A stretch of 62,492 nt of DNA, counting the filler, from Rhabdomonas costata (taxonomy: Eukaryota), in the NCBI GenBank assembly GCA_019059605.1. It is 29 parts of 29 records of this genome, joined end to end, with 100 filler letters (N's around TTAATTAATTAA, not from the genome) between each part and the next. Parts side by side here need not be neighbours in the genome. Positions count along the whole stretch, not along the records: positions 23,842 to 25,910 come from JAHMHO010005929.1; positions 26,011 to 28,078 come from JAHMHO010005930.1; positions 28,179 to 30,244 come from JAHMHO010005931.1; positions 30,345 to 32,409 come from JAHMHO010005932.1; positions 32,510 to 34,573 come from JAHMHO010005933.1; positions 34,674 to 36,740 come from JAHMHO010005934.1; positions 36,841 to 38,911 come from JAHMHO010005935.1; 22 more parts are not named here. The stretch is one strand, 5' to 3'. Every line of letters begins with the position of its first letter. Position 1 is the first letter of the stretch. The notes under the pieces are model-generated. The model made no database searches. It worked only from the letters and a program-made list of their open reading frames with translations, and had not been told where the DNA came from. Both the position numbers and the translations under genes were made by a program. Shown here in pieces: positions 24,801 through 37,880 of this stretch.

Positions 24801-26479
24801 GTCAACCCTCCAACAGGCGCGACTAGCGAACACTATCCTTGCATTACGAGCGACTTACGGCTGGCTGCGACTGAACAGGTTTTCTTATCCTAACACAAAA
24901 AGGTTTCATCTGAGGAATATTGCCTCGATTTTCCCTTTTTGCCCCCAAAAATGCTATGCGCAAAAAAGTGCTCTTTTAGCACTGCGTAATGTTGCACCAC
25001 CCGCGTCCAACTCTAAGTTTCACCGTAGGCCCCACCTGCCTCACCCGCCCGTCCTCCCCGTCCTTGGCCTTCGGATGGGCCTTGAGCAGCGCTCCCTGGT
25101 GTGCATTCCGTTTGGGCTCCATTTGAAATGGTCCTGAGCTCGGGAGTAAGTTTTTCTCAGTGTTCCCTGTTTGCAGGAGTCTCCGAAAGTCAGGCAAGAA
25201 ATCTGCCCTCCATCCGAAGGATATCTTCTCAACGTGGAACTTGAGTCACGATGTCTGACCCTGAACACAGAACATTTGATCTCACCAATGCACCCGAGTC
25301 CTTTTCGATGGGAAGGGGTGACTGACAGGGTGCACACGTCCAGTCCAATTGCCACCACTATGTCCTGCGTTGCATCTGAGTGTGCGTGTGGTGTGGATCC
25401 CTGGTTTGCTTCTTTACTCGCAGGGACTGTTCCTGTCACGATAACGGGGCGGGACCTTGGTGTTCACTGGGCGACGGTCCTTTTGAAGCCTGTGCAGTCG
25501 AAGCCCGCGGTGATCCCCACCATCATATTCAGAAACGAAACCATGGTACCTTTCTCTTCGCTGACCTTCCCCGCCCCATCACTTGGCGCTGGCCAGTCAA
25601 CCCGTTTGAAGACTAAATTTTGCGGACTGGAATGATCGTGTGGGACCTGGGCGTGTATCCCGCCTGAGCTTTGGCACCCGCTTAGCCCCGCCTGAGGTTT
25701 GACCTTGCCATTGTTACCGCTGATAATTCGCGGATAATCGTCGCCAGGGAGTTGGGCTTGACCCATTATTCAATAGTAACATGCCATTGACATGCCCACA
25801 CAAAAACGTATGCCAATCCCAGGTCCACAAACGTCCAGCAACGAGCTAATTTTTTGGCAATTTTTTGTTCACTGCCCCCCGCCCTCCTTTTTTATTTACA
25901 AAAACCCACANNNNNNNNNNNNNNNNNNNNNNNNNNNNNNNNNNNNNNNNNNNNTTAATTAATTAANNNNNNNNNNNNNNNNNNNNNNNNNNNNNNNNNN
26001 NNNNNNNNNNGGTGGTGTTGGAGCTTCATAGAACCGCGGTTTAACGCGCCATTGAGGTTTCCCAAGAACCTCCGCCATACCCCAGGAAGCGGCAGAGGTT
26101 CTTGGGGTCAGAGGGCGCACAGGAATACCCATACCTCGCTATAGTACATGTGCTGGTGGTATGTGCATTGCTTCGTACCAGATGATGATGACGATGCTAA
26201 CGATGGCGATGACGATGTCATATGTCTAGAACTCAACCCGAGACATCCACGGCCATGGGTTCTTTCCGTCTCTTTTTGTTGCCTTTATGGCCGTTTCCAG
26301 CTTTTAGGACAGAATGACACGTGAGGGAGGGGGGGTCTTTCAATTCATTAATGGGGCGCATACATATGTTGCCACAATTGGTGCTTTTTTTGTTCTGGGC
26401 CTGCGTTGTCCACTTCGCTCTCCTCCTGTGTGGTCGCCTGACTGCACATCATGCACTTGACTACCAATGCCCTGTACAG

Positions 26480-26686
26480 GTGTGGAACTCGTACTACACC
26501 ATCCACCCGACCCGAGGCACGGTGTTCGTCGTCGCCGTGGACAACACCGTGCTGTGGCGGCAGGCCCTCACCTTTGTTCCATACTGGCTCCCCACGGAGC
26601 TCACAGTGGATCTCCCGTGCATGCCCCCGGGCGAGCACCGGCTGCGGGTTGTCGTGGAGAACATCGAGGGCTTCTCCTCGTGGGAG
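26480..26686 (+). CDS. Hypothetical protein exon (beta-rich, probably extracellular)
   Basis: A 207-nt GC3-rich exon bounded by CAG and GT: VWNSYYTIHPTRGTVFVVAVDNTVLWRQ...PPGEHRLRVVVENIEGFSSWE. Confidence 0.6.
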
Positions 26687-27696
26687 GTGGTCCAGCTGAG
26701 GAGCCTTCACACAGGACCGTGCTAACATCACTTTTGGCGGCGACGCCGACGGACGCCGCGGTGTCTGGGGTCTCGGAGGGCTCAGCATTTGCTGGTGTTG
26801 GGTCAGGCCTCACCCAGTGTCTCTTGCTGCAAGTCTCCCAACACTTCGTCATCATGGCAACAACCCTTCGGTCGCCTGCGGAAAAGCGTTTCTTGCGAGC
26901 GGAATCATGGAGAGCGACAGTGCTTGCCGGACCTTTTCTGCAGGGAAGAAGCCTCCTGCTGTACTCGCCAGACTCCGCGCTGGGCACTCGCGGGGGTTTC
27001 CCTGTGTTGCCTTGGTGCCGTTTAGCAGAGGGGTGCTTTCTGTTTACCTGCTTTGTGTGTTCCGCAGTATGCCCCGTCTGTTAATTATGCGCGACGAGCG
27101 TCTTTGTTTAGCAAAATCAGCCTGAGCGAGCGTGTTAGCCCGAAACAGGAACCATTGTGCAATGGGTAGTGAGTGAATCCAAGTATACTATGGATCGCCC
27201 AGGTTACCTGTGTGAGACAGAGTGCGTGTCGGGGGGCGGGGGCAGTGACGTACTATTGCCAGGGGTCAAGAGGTTCTGGCTGTGGAGCTTCACCGCTGGA
27301 TCGGCGGTTGGGGATTGCAAGTGAAAACAAGGTCGATGCTGTCTGCCACGCCTCGATGGGGATTGGGGCGCTTCTAACCCCTGTGCCTGTCTTTGACCCA
27401 AGTCTGAAAATTCTTGTTGCATGGCCTTCCTTCCAATCAAGACTGTGAACGTTGCCTGTTGGACTGAAACGCGTTTTGACCGACGTTTTGACCCTAATCT
27501 GTGCCCTTTGTGTGTGTGGAGGAAACGCTCGGCAAAATCTTTGAAACGTGTCCACCCTCCGTCTTGTGTCATATTTTCAGTGGTTTTATGGCATTTTCTG
27601 CTTTGTTTTGATTAGTCTTCTATTATCCATTAGGGTTACGGTGTTAGTGGTTGGTAGGTGTTTATGGTACTGTTCTGGGGGCCGCAAACCGCGCGA

Positions 27697-27774
27697 ATGG
27701 CCATCCCTGCTGCTGTGCTGGCCATGGTGGTGGTGATCGTCTTCGTTGACCTGCGCAAGGCCACGGCGACGACG
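27697..27774 (+). CDS. Possible first exon encoding a signal peptide
   Basis: MAIPAAVLAMVVVIVFVDLRKATATT followed by GT, with GC3-rich codons. Confidence 0.3.
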
Positions 27775-30160
27775 GTGTCTGTGGGTGGGTAGGCCCAAAG
27801 GGTGGTCAGTTCCATTGCCAAGGAAAGGAGGAAAGCAGCGGCCAAGGAAGGAAGAAGGAGTGGTGGTCAGAAACCCACCTGAAGAAACACCTCCAAACAA
27901 ACTCGTGTCTTTTGCAAACCCGTGTGGGTGAATGGGTGAGTTGGTCGTGTACGCATCTTTTAGGCTGAGAAGGGTTGGTGATAGTCAGTTGTAGGGACTG
28001 CAGAAGTGTATCCAGCACGACAGGCCACTTCGCACCCCCACCCCCACCCCACTCTGCGCATACACTCACCACAACACANNNNNNNNNNNNNNNNNNNNNN
28101 NNNNNNNNNNNNNNNNNNNNNNTTAATTAATTAANNNNNNNNNNNNNNNNNNNNNNNNNNNNNNNNNNNNNNNNNNNNGGGGTTGGTGGCTTGTGGAGAA
28201 TAAACTTCGTAGCAGCTTGCAGCATATTGTAGCACATTTTGTAGCTGTTGTACGAAGAGTTGAGTTTATTTGTTGCTTTGTTGCTGTTTTATTTGAGATG
28301 GAGCACCCTAGGGGAATTTCACTCTGGTCCTGTTTTGCTTTGAGGCTCAAGTTGTTGCAGTGGGAACATGAGCTGTTGGATTTTTGCAGAAATTTATTGC
28401 CGTTTTGGATGATGTTCATGGCTTATTTTAAAAATGTTTAGTGTCCTAGAAATTTGAGAATTCTTGTAGTAAAATTTTATTGAGCTAAAGCAGCTGATTC
28501 GCGATTGGACGTCTGATGCAGAAATGGGTCACATTTCCTAGAATGGATTCCAACTGCTCATCATACGTAATTACGTAATAAGAACGTTTGACAGAAAGGC
28601 TAGAAATGTATGCCGTGGTTTTTCGTAGGAGGAGGGATGGAGATCAGAGGAGTTTGTTACAAAGAGCAAAGGTCAACAGTAAAATAGCTCAGGAAATTTG
28701 CAAAGCTGTAATGGCGCGGTGAAAAAGCGACTCGGAAGCAGGCTGTTGTAATAAAAGCGCAGTCAGTCAATCAGTTTGGGAGAGAAAAGTCCTGTGGAGA
28801 GTCGAAAACCATGCCAATGAAAAACCGTAATGGCATGGACCAAGGCTTGGCCAAAGAGCCCCAGGAATCCAAAAGCATGCCATCAACGCACGGGTCGACA
28901 TAGGATGGAAGGAGCGTAGCGACTGACTGAGAGAACTCATTACACTTAACAAGAGGAACATGAGACACGAACTAGCATCGCGAGTGAGAGTCGATTGTGA
29001 CATAGGAGGAACAGTATGGAGCAACGCGAGTGTAGAGTATGAACAGGTTAAGTGATCAAAAGAAAGAAAAAGGAACGGATTGACATTGAGCGTAGAGAAA
29101 GGAACGCAGTGACGACCAAGGAACTGGAGAAACAGGAGCAAAATTTCGTAGCAAGGAGCGACTGTGACGACATACAGGAACATGAGCATGAGCGTAGCGA
29201 TTGCAAATGTGAACGACAGAAAGAATACACAAAACAATCGAAGACCTGATGATGCGTAGTAGTACATATCTATACAGTTGTCACTTCACTCTAATTATAG
29301 CCCCTCCGTTTCACTCCGGGTCCATCATGTTCGTTCCGTCCTTGGCGTAGCCACAGCGAATACACTCGGCGAGAGGTGAAGGTTACGCTTTGGCATATTG
29401 GTCTCATCAAGCACTCAACATGCTCTCTCTCACCACTGGTTCATAACTGGTAGGGGATTCGCATCTTGAGGGCTTCATCACATGGTGGTTTCATGCTTAC
29501 GTCGAGGCATGCTTCCTCCTCTACGCTTAAACTACACTCCCATGCATCAAGGCAACCGTTGACACCATGAAAGCCCTCAATCGCAGTTACTTCCAACATC
29601 ATGGGTTTATGCGGCTGGCTAATGCCATTCAGTGACATCGGGTTCATGCCATGCCTCAGACTAACACAGCATCCGCACACTAAGCAGAATCGACACAACA
29701 ACCACATGTTGGGCTTATCAGGTTGTTACACCGTTGCCTCTGTGGGACATCATGCCAACACCACAAGGCAGCAGTCTATGCCTTAACACAACACCGTAGG
29801 ATGGACTTACATTGGTGTTACGCATATGCCATCAACGGATGTTGTGCCAAGGCTGACTATGGCATGACACCACCATCACCAGAACGTGGAATGAGAGGGT
29901 GTGTTACGCCCACATCACTACGCTAGCAGTGATGACAGCATGCCGTAGCAGACAACCACCATGTCAGGTAGACACACAGCATAGGGAGCGTTGCACAACA
30001 CTACGACTACTACGCCTAACCATGACACTGGGATTAGCACACACACGACAACACTATAATAGTGTAACTATGCCACCACGTTGATGCATACGCGTCTGTA
30101 CTACGCTGCCTTGGCCCCACAACATCGTGCTTCCTACTGCCTGCTACGTCCTACTACTGC

Positions 30161-30240
30161 TGTGGTTACCAACGCTTACCACTACAGGTTGGGTCTTAGC
30201 GTACCACGCGCTACCATGGTGGTAAGCGTTGGTAACCACA
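30161..30240. repeat. 22-bp perfect inverted repeat at contig end
   Basis: tgtggttaccaacgcttaccac (30161-30182) pairs with gtggtaagcgttggtaaccaca (30219-30240). Confidence 0.95.
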
Positions 30241-31158
30241 AACANNNNNNNNNNNNNNNNNNNNNNNNNNNNNNNNNNNNNNNNNNNNTTAATTAATTAA
30301 NNNNNNNNNNNNNNNNNNNNNNNNNNNNNNNNNNNNNNNNNNNNTTGTTGGTTGACTTTCTCCTTTCATCGTTTCTCAAGAACGCTCACCTGCATCGCTT
30401 TGTTGTACTTCACCTAATATATGGGCCATTGGCGTCATCTGCGTGGCACGAATCTTTATGCAAAGCGAACTCTCAAGGGATCAAGACCGGGGATACCTCG
30501 CTTGGCATTGACACGAGCATTGCGCCAGACTGGATTTATGGAACAGGTAACACATTCACTGCACATCGTGGCGAACAGCAGCTTGCAGCAAGGGCACCGT
30601 GCATTTAAAGAGGCACTTCAAAGGTGGACTCTTTCAAAGGACTTTCCGCCCCACGTTCAGTGTTAAGTTCACAGCACTGAAAATCTAATTTATGGATCCC
30701 GATCTAATTCGGCGAGGTCATACGATTGTTTTTTGGGGGTCAGTGATGGGACAACAGCGTGAACCAAAGAACAAGCCTTGCGGGGGCTGAAACCCACCTT
30801 GCTCCAGGAGGGAGACATCGAATTGCGCGTAAATGTGAGAAAAGGGGGCCGGTTTGTGTGAGCATCATGTCGTCGATGCCAGAAGCTATGCAAGAGCTGT
30901 CGGAGGGGTGACAGAAATGAATTATGAAGGCGTGCGCAAGAAGTTCTCGAAGACCAACCGAACTGGAGGCGGCGTGTAGAGAGAGATTTCCCTTGGAGCG
31001 GGCCCCTTTTGGTGTGGAATGATACTCGTCCTAACTGGAGCTTCTGTGTTCTCACTGAAGTATCCCATTCCCTTTCTATTTTTTCTCTGTGTCTCTCTTT
31101 CAATTACGCACGCACACACATACGCAGTTTCGCATCCCCAAGATAAAACATCGGAGGA

Positions 31159-31941
31159 ATGGCCGCTGAGCTGACCACAGCGCCTTCCTCGTCGGACGTC
31201 TTCCTGACCCTCGGGGTCGGTTTAGTGGACAGGGCCCCCCTAGAGGCGGCATTCCACCGGAACGCCACCAGTGGAGAGCTTGATGAGGGGTCTTTGGCGC
31301 AAACCTTGCGGTGGGCACGCGCGCACGAACACACACACACACACACACACACACTTTGACTGATTTGACTGCACCCATTTCTACACATCTTGGCTCTTGT
31401 CACATTTAAGGTAACGACGGGAAAGTTCTCGCTGCATTGTGAAACACTGACGGCATCGCTCTTCTCTTAATCAGCCAAAATCGATGGGCTTTTCCTCTTG
31501 CCATTGCCAGAGTTCCCTAAAAAGTGCAAGGACCCAAAATTACAAGAAGCGTAAATTGTGATTTTCAAATGTTGTTGATAGGGGTGGGATCGCACCCCAC
31601 CCCTATCATTGCCGCTCTGCCCACTAGATAGGAACCTCGAGTTGGGGAGATTTGGAGGGAGGGAGTGAGGGGGTCAGTGAAATCATCAATAAAGTAATTT
31701 TTGGCGCCAAGTCAGAAGTGCTTGAAGCAAAGCCGTTTGCAGCCCTTCACTCTTTGTGACCCCTCAGGGATGCATCGGTGCAATGCACCAGCGAGGTGGC
31801 AGCTCTGGAGATCCTGCGGGAGATTCGCTTCCGGGCCTCCACCCCTGAGCGCTCGTGGCTCGACCTCGAGGAGTTCGTGGAAGTCGCGCGAGCGCTGTCG
31901 GGAAGCTCCCCCACCGCCAGAACACTGCACAGCCCGTCCAC
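31159..31941 (+). CDS. Degenerate EF-hand-like protein, two exons
   Basis: Exons 31159-31310 and ~31768-31941 join in phase 2: LEAAFHRNATSGELDEGSLAQTLR|DASVQCTSEVAALEILREI...SWLDLEEFVEVARAL. This resembles a calmodulin-like F......G.L....L...LR...LD.EEF lobe lacking canonical Ca-binding loops. Both ends are approximate. Confidence 0.45.
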
Positions 31942-33586
31942 GGTTGCCTTCCTCGCCAGGCCCCCCTGTTGGCCCCTTTTTACTGAGCCGTAACTTTCGC
32001 CGGGCCTGCTTAGCTCACCTAAGGAGAGAGCCCGGACTTCTGCATGCTGGCACTGGAGTAGGGACTATGTGACCAGCAAAGCAGAAAGGAGTGTGATCTT
32101 CCAGCATGCTTTGCTGTTTTTCTGACGTTTTTCTTGGGAGGTGAGAACCCTGTCTGAGATTACGGAGATATGTGCTGCTCAATTCTCAACAAAGCACCTC
32201 TGAGAAAGAGTTTAAGGAGAAAGTTCTGTCATATAACATCAGGGTCTCGCAAGTCTGTTCATAACACAAAAAAATAAAGGAAAACAAAAAACGGCTATCG
32301 GCTGACCACCGCATACAAAACCTCAGCAGTGCCAATACTAACCAAACCCCCAACATCAAAACTGTGCAAATGAAAAGGAACCAAAGAAACATCTTCCCAC
32401 CCCCGCAAANNNNNNNNNNNNNNNNNNNNNNNNNNNNNNNNNNNNNNNNNNNNTTAATTAATTAANNNNNNNNNNNNNNNNNNNNNNNNNNNNNNNNNNN
32501 NNNNNNNNNTTTGTGTGTGCCAATGCGAATTTTTTTTCCTTTTACGCTCCTTTCGGATCGAATGAAAGACTCTGACAACAGTTAAGCTGCAGGCCCATGC
32601 ACCATTTCGCTCAAATGTCTTTTTTGCTCTAAGTGGCAGGGCAATTCAAATGGCAATGTGCGCGGATTTCGTGTCTAGCCCAGGGTACTCCCCTCCTGCG
32701 ACATATGCCAATCCTCTCTTTTAGGTATGTCATTGACGCTGTTTGGGAGAAGTCCACGGACCCGACGCCGAGCTTGACGCGCCGTTCTGCCTATGTGAAG
32801 CAGAGAAAATGCGGGGCCGGTCTTCTTCTGGAGCCCTTCTGCGTTTGCCGCTGAGGCTGCCCTTCTTTCCCAGCTGGAAAATGTCTTTCGGAATGACCTC
32901 CGATAAAGAGCTGCATGGAACAGGTTGAGTGGTAGACTCTCAGAGCTCAGCCTACTCAGGCTGTCGAAGGCGAGGGCTTTTTAGCAACGATCTGGTCTAT
33001 TCCTGACTTCGCAGTCAGCTTTGGCTCGAAAAAGTGCATGCCCCTCGTCACAGAGGCGCCTCTCGTGGAACTCTCATCATAGTTGGAAGCTCAGCGACTT
33101 GGTCGCCTCGTTATGTATGATTTCCTGTGACGGATGTGATTTCCGGATCCCAAGTCGTTATTTCGGGCCTCTTATGTATGACAAGTGAACTTTCCGAATG
33201 TTGCTGCAGTGCTCGCCGCTGGCACCAACCAAAAAGCACGGGAAGCACGGGAAGCGCGGGGAGCGATGGTTGAGACTGCTGTGTAAGTTGTACTGATGGT
33301 TTTTTCATTTCTAGTTGCACCCCTTGATGCCAAGCATGATGAGCATGGGAAGACTTTACGGAAGTTGACTAAGCAGTTGAAACTCTTTTAACGGATTACG
33401 AAGCAATGAAAAAGGTATTGTGATCCAACTCGAAGTATGGTGTACCATATTAAAGTGAGGGCATTGCTGTTGCAACCATACTTTTTTTTTTCGAGTTTCT
33501 CTCTCTTGACGTCACCCCCCCCCCCTCGGTGGGCTCCTGTTCGTTTGCCTGTGGTGAGACTTTTGTGGTTGCTTTTGGAAGAGCTC

Positions 33587-34384
33587 ATGGCTGGACGTGC
33601 GGGCTGCGGAGCGTTGGCTCTGCTTTGGGTACTCCTGGTATTGACCCCTGCTCTTGCGGACACGACTTCGTACCAGAAGAGAATCGGCAACAAGTGGCTG
33701 AAGACCATCGAGAAGGAGGCCGGAGTGGTGAAGACAAGCAGCGGGTTGCTTTACAAGGTGATCACCCAGGGCAGCGGGACCGTCTCGCCAGGGTATCGCA
33801 GTCTGCAAGTACTTTATTGGCGGGGACATTGGAATTGCTCTGTCTTTCCCATTTGGTGGAGTCTCTGGCAGACTTAGGTGAAGTACTTTGGATTCTTGGG
33901 AAAGAGACAACTGAAGGAGGAGCCCACATCCACATCCACATGCACATAAAGCATAGAGCATAAGGCATACAGCCCATCACAAGAAGCGCAACACAATGCT
34001 AATAATAAAAGAGTGAAAACGAGGAGGAAAAGTTAGATGGAATATTAACACGCTGAAGCTCTGGCGTTTGCATCTTTGCTACACTAAAAGCAGATGTCGT
34101 TCTGGAAGGAGCGCAAAGGACGCACATCACGGCTAGCCGCATAAGACATTATGATTGTTCTGATTATATTCTCAATAAAGTAGCGACAAACCGGGGCATA
34201 GCTCGGATTCATACTTATGTTTGCTGCTGTCTCGTGGTGCCAAATGTGGTTTGAAGGTATGGTCATGACTTCCCACAGGCCCACAACCCCGTGCAAGGTG
34301 CACTACCGCGGGACCCTGAAGGATGGCACGGAGTTTGACTCCAGCTATAAGCGGGGAGAGCCCGCGACATTCGCGCCCAACCAG
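33587..34384 (+). CDS. Secreted FKBP-type peptidyl-prolyl isomerase (MIP-like), first two exons
   Basis: Exons 33587-33792 and 34279-34384: signal peptide, then [57 protein letters not shown]. The second exon ends at a GC donor (CAG|GCAAG). Confidence 0.93.
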
Positions 34385-35153
34385 GCAAGCTGCTTGTCAC
34401 CCTCCCCATTTTGTTTGATCTGAAGCAAAGGCCGATGCATCACGCCGTCTGTGTACACAGACATACTCAGGTTTTATTCCGCACATTTTCATCAGGAAGG
34501 GGGAAGGGGAGCCCGTCGCAGACGGTCTCTATCCGCTCAACTGAAACTGAGTGTAATAAACGACAACACAAAANNNNNNNNNNNNNNNNNNNNNNNNNNN
34601 NNNNNNNNNNNNNNNNNTTAATTAATTAANNNNNNNNNNNNNNNNNNNNNNNNNNNNNNNNNNNNNNNNNNNNGGTGTTGAACATTGAGCACTGCTGAAC
34701 GTTTAGGTCAGAACGAAAGGGCGACGAACGGTTGTCAGGAGATGGCAATACAAAAGCGATTGTTTTAGGTGCGCAGGCCACCGCTCCGCGGGAGCGGCCG
34801 AAGCGGGAGGGATGGGTGGGGTGTTCCAATGGATGGGAGATGCTCCGTTTAGCACTACTAAACGCAGCGGTGCTAAACGTCCGCATCAAACACATTTTTC
34901 GGGAATGCTATTTTTAGGGCACGGGAGTTAGGTAAACTGTGTCAGCAACCTCTAACCATTTAGCAAACCCCATTTAGCAAAATGGGGTTGGGCTTGCATT
35001 TTCTGCCAGCTAGACAGACATATAATTTGAGGAGGGTTATGAAATGTATGACCAGTGCTTAGCAGTGCAGCACGTTTAACGCCCCCCCCCAATGCCGATT
35101 TCGAAAAGATTCATGGACATGTTTCTGAAGATTTCTGAGGATGCTCGACACAC

Positions 35154-35492
35154 CTCGCAGCCCGACGTACGTCAGAGTGAAGGAGGCATCGGAGGCCGTG
35201 ATCCACTGCAGCCCCACTGGCGCGTTCACAATGAGCACCGCGGGCAGCGAGCACCCCGTGAGCCGGCTGGACGAGCCCGAGCCCGGGGTCACCAACAGAG
35301 CTGAGCTGCCCGGCGCGCAGAACGCGGTGAACGTGAGCTGCACCATGGGGCTGCCATCCGAGGGGTTGATGGAGATGGTGCAGTTCGTGCCCGAGGACAC
35401 GGTGACCATCGCGGAGGTGGAGGTGGTGCCCGGAGAGCTGATCTGGCCAAGCGCGCTGCGGAGGGTGCCGCCTTCACAAATTCCCGTAGGGT
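35154..35492 (-). CDS. CUB-like extracellular domain exon
   Basis: A 339-nt phase 1-1 exon: CEGGTLRSALGQISSPG....NCTISI...MVQLTFTAF...SRLTGCSLPAVL...LQWITASD..FTLTY, matching the CUB pattern C.G.....G.ISSP...C...I....L.F..F...F...Y. Confidence 0.7.
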
Positions 35493-36851
35493 CTGTAGCA
35501 ATGCCCCCCAAAAATTGAACAATGACCCGTTAAGCGTCCGGTCTTTTTTTTTAGGGGGGTGGGGGGTGGGGGGGGGGTTAACGGTTTAACGACGCGAAAG
35601 AAGGGCATGGCAGTGGAACCATTGTCCTGAGTGGTGGCAGAAGATGAAAAACTTTCATTGCGATTGCGACTAGTTCAGTAAAACGTCGTTTTTCTTTGTG
35701 TCTGAGGCTGATTATTTCCTTTGCTCTCAAAAAACACAACTGTAGCAAAAGGTAGGAAATTCTTGCTTCCGCTTTTTTCATGCTCTTTCATGATTGGTTT
35801 ACCTTGCACATGCTTTCTTTCTGATCACATTTTGCAATGCAAATTGCACGAAGAGTGACACTGTGATTTATTTATCACAGTTTTTCGTTGCCTCTTCTTT
35901 CGACTGTGGTCGTATATGTGCCAACACATTCCCTTCCTGGGCCAAGCAGAACCAAAACTGAAGTAACTGCGAAGGAACACAAAGGAACGGGACACGTCAG
36001 TCGTGGTGAAAACGTAACCACCCGCACAGAAAAAACGAATGCTCTCACAAAAAAGGTCTTAAGAAGGGGAACACAGAGGGAAGACCCGAACAAAAAATCG
36101 TAGCTGAAGTTCGGATGGAAGCCGTGCTCTGGCGGTGAATGCACGCTGCTTCTCGTCATGAAAGAGACGGAAGTATGAGACTTTGTTGCAGGCTAAGGTC
36201 GTCTTTTCGGTGCGAGTCTATTCCTGTGAAATCCCCCCCCCCTGTGGAGTCCAGGAAATTGCTTGATGCATAAGTGGGAAGGAGCGCGCCCCGCCCACGG
36301 TAAACACCCTACCCCAAGAGCACGGGCCATCCACCACGGGTGGGGAGGTCAAGCAATCACACCTGAAAACGAAAGAGCAAAGGCAACGCTCCACAGAAAT
36401 AACACTTCCAACGAGTGGTGCACAGGTGCACAGGGGTGAGTTGTGCATGTGGCGTTGCAGGGCAGGGCTACTTCATGCACTTCTTCCCGGCACCCGCGCC
36501 GGTTTTTCCTCTCTCTGGGGATTGTCCTCACTGCTGTGTGGAGTCTTCCCCCACTTTCGTGAAGACAGAAGTGTCAGTTATAGGCAGTTGAAGGGTTTTC
36601 TTCTGCCCTGGACGTGAGTGTGAAGCTCAAGCGCCAAGGGCTTTTGTTTGCCACATTTCGAACGCTAAACAGCCCCCCAAACCGGGCTGTACTTCCGCGA
36701 CAACATGGAGGTCCACAAACCCCCAACCACACCCACCACANNNNNNNNNNNNNNNNNNNNNNNNNNNNNNNNNNNNNNNNNNNNTTAATTAATTAANNNN
36801 NNNNNNNNNNNNNNNNNNNNNNNNNNNNNNNNNNNNNNNNGGGGTGTGGGC

Positions 36852-37804
36852 ACGTTGGAAAAATGGAGGCATTGCTTGCTGGGTTCAGATGTCAGAGTTC
36901 ACACGGATAACTCGGCGCTGAGCTAGTTGCAGAAGAACCCTAGGCCGTCGCCAAGGCAAGTTCGGTGGTTGGAAAGACTCCAGAGGTATACGCTGAAGAT
37001 TGCCCACATTCCAGGAAGGCAGAATGTCGCTGCGGATGCCTTGTCTAGGCACTCAGTGGACGAAGTAATCTTGGGAACGATAGAATCGGAGTTGTGTTTT
37101 GCGACACTTAGATTTGATGGACCACTCTGTGCACAACTGATGGTAGCATCAGAGGGGGATCCAGACGATTGGTGGCCAGATTACTGGTTAGAGCCAGTAG
37201 TGAGGAAGGGGTAATTCAACTTGACTACAGCGGAGCTTTTTGATCCGACGAAGTGGCACCATGGCAGACTTTGGGAGTCGGGGAAGATTGTAGTACCAAT
37301 CCAGAGAGAACAAGATGTGATTTCCAGGTACCACGACTCACCAGCAGCAGGTCATTGGTGAGTGGTCAGGACGGCAGCCATGATCTAGCGGACGTACACG
37401 TTCAAGAACATCAAAAGAAAGGTACGAGCTTACGTGCGTACTTGTGATGTGTGTCAGAGATGCAAAGCGGACCACCATTTGCCAAGATGTCACACCCAGG
37501 TTTTGGAGGTGCCAGTGAGGAAATGTGAATCTATATCGATGGATTTCGTTTCCATGCCGCCAGGTCCGTGGAAGGAAGGAAGTTTTCTGGTAAAGACTTG
37601 GAGGTGAACGAGGTGTTGAAGGTCACGGATCGGGCAACCAGGATGGTAGTTCTGATACCATGCCACAATGAGATGAATGCCCACGACGACATTGCGGAAT
37701 TGTTTTGGTGGGAAGTGGTCAGACACCATGGGTTGCCGAGGAGTATAGTTAGTGACAGAGATCCAATCTTCATGTCGTTGTTCTGGAGCGATTTGATAGA
37801 TTAA
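36852..37804 (+). pseudogene. Ty3/Gypsy retrotransposon pol remnant (RNase H end + integrase)
   Basis: LEKWRHCLLG..VRVHTDNSAL* ... RQVRWLERLQ...HIPGRQNVAADALSR, then integrase HHCC (YHDSPAAGH...VRTCDVCQRCK) and core (ISMDF...HGLPRSIVSDRDPIFMSLFW). The order RNaseH-INT indicates Gypsy. There are several in-frame stops, and the sequence is truncated before the DDE Glu. Confidence 0.95.
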
Positions 37805-37880
37805 TTAGACATTACCCAGTTTCTGACATTAGTCGCCCCTTACCTTTTTCCGGGGCTCCTCCGCCCCTAGTGGGGGAGGG

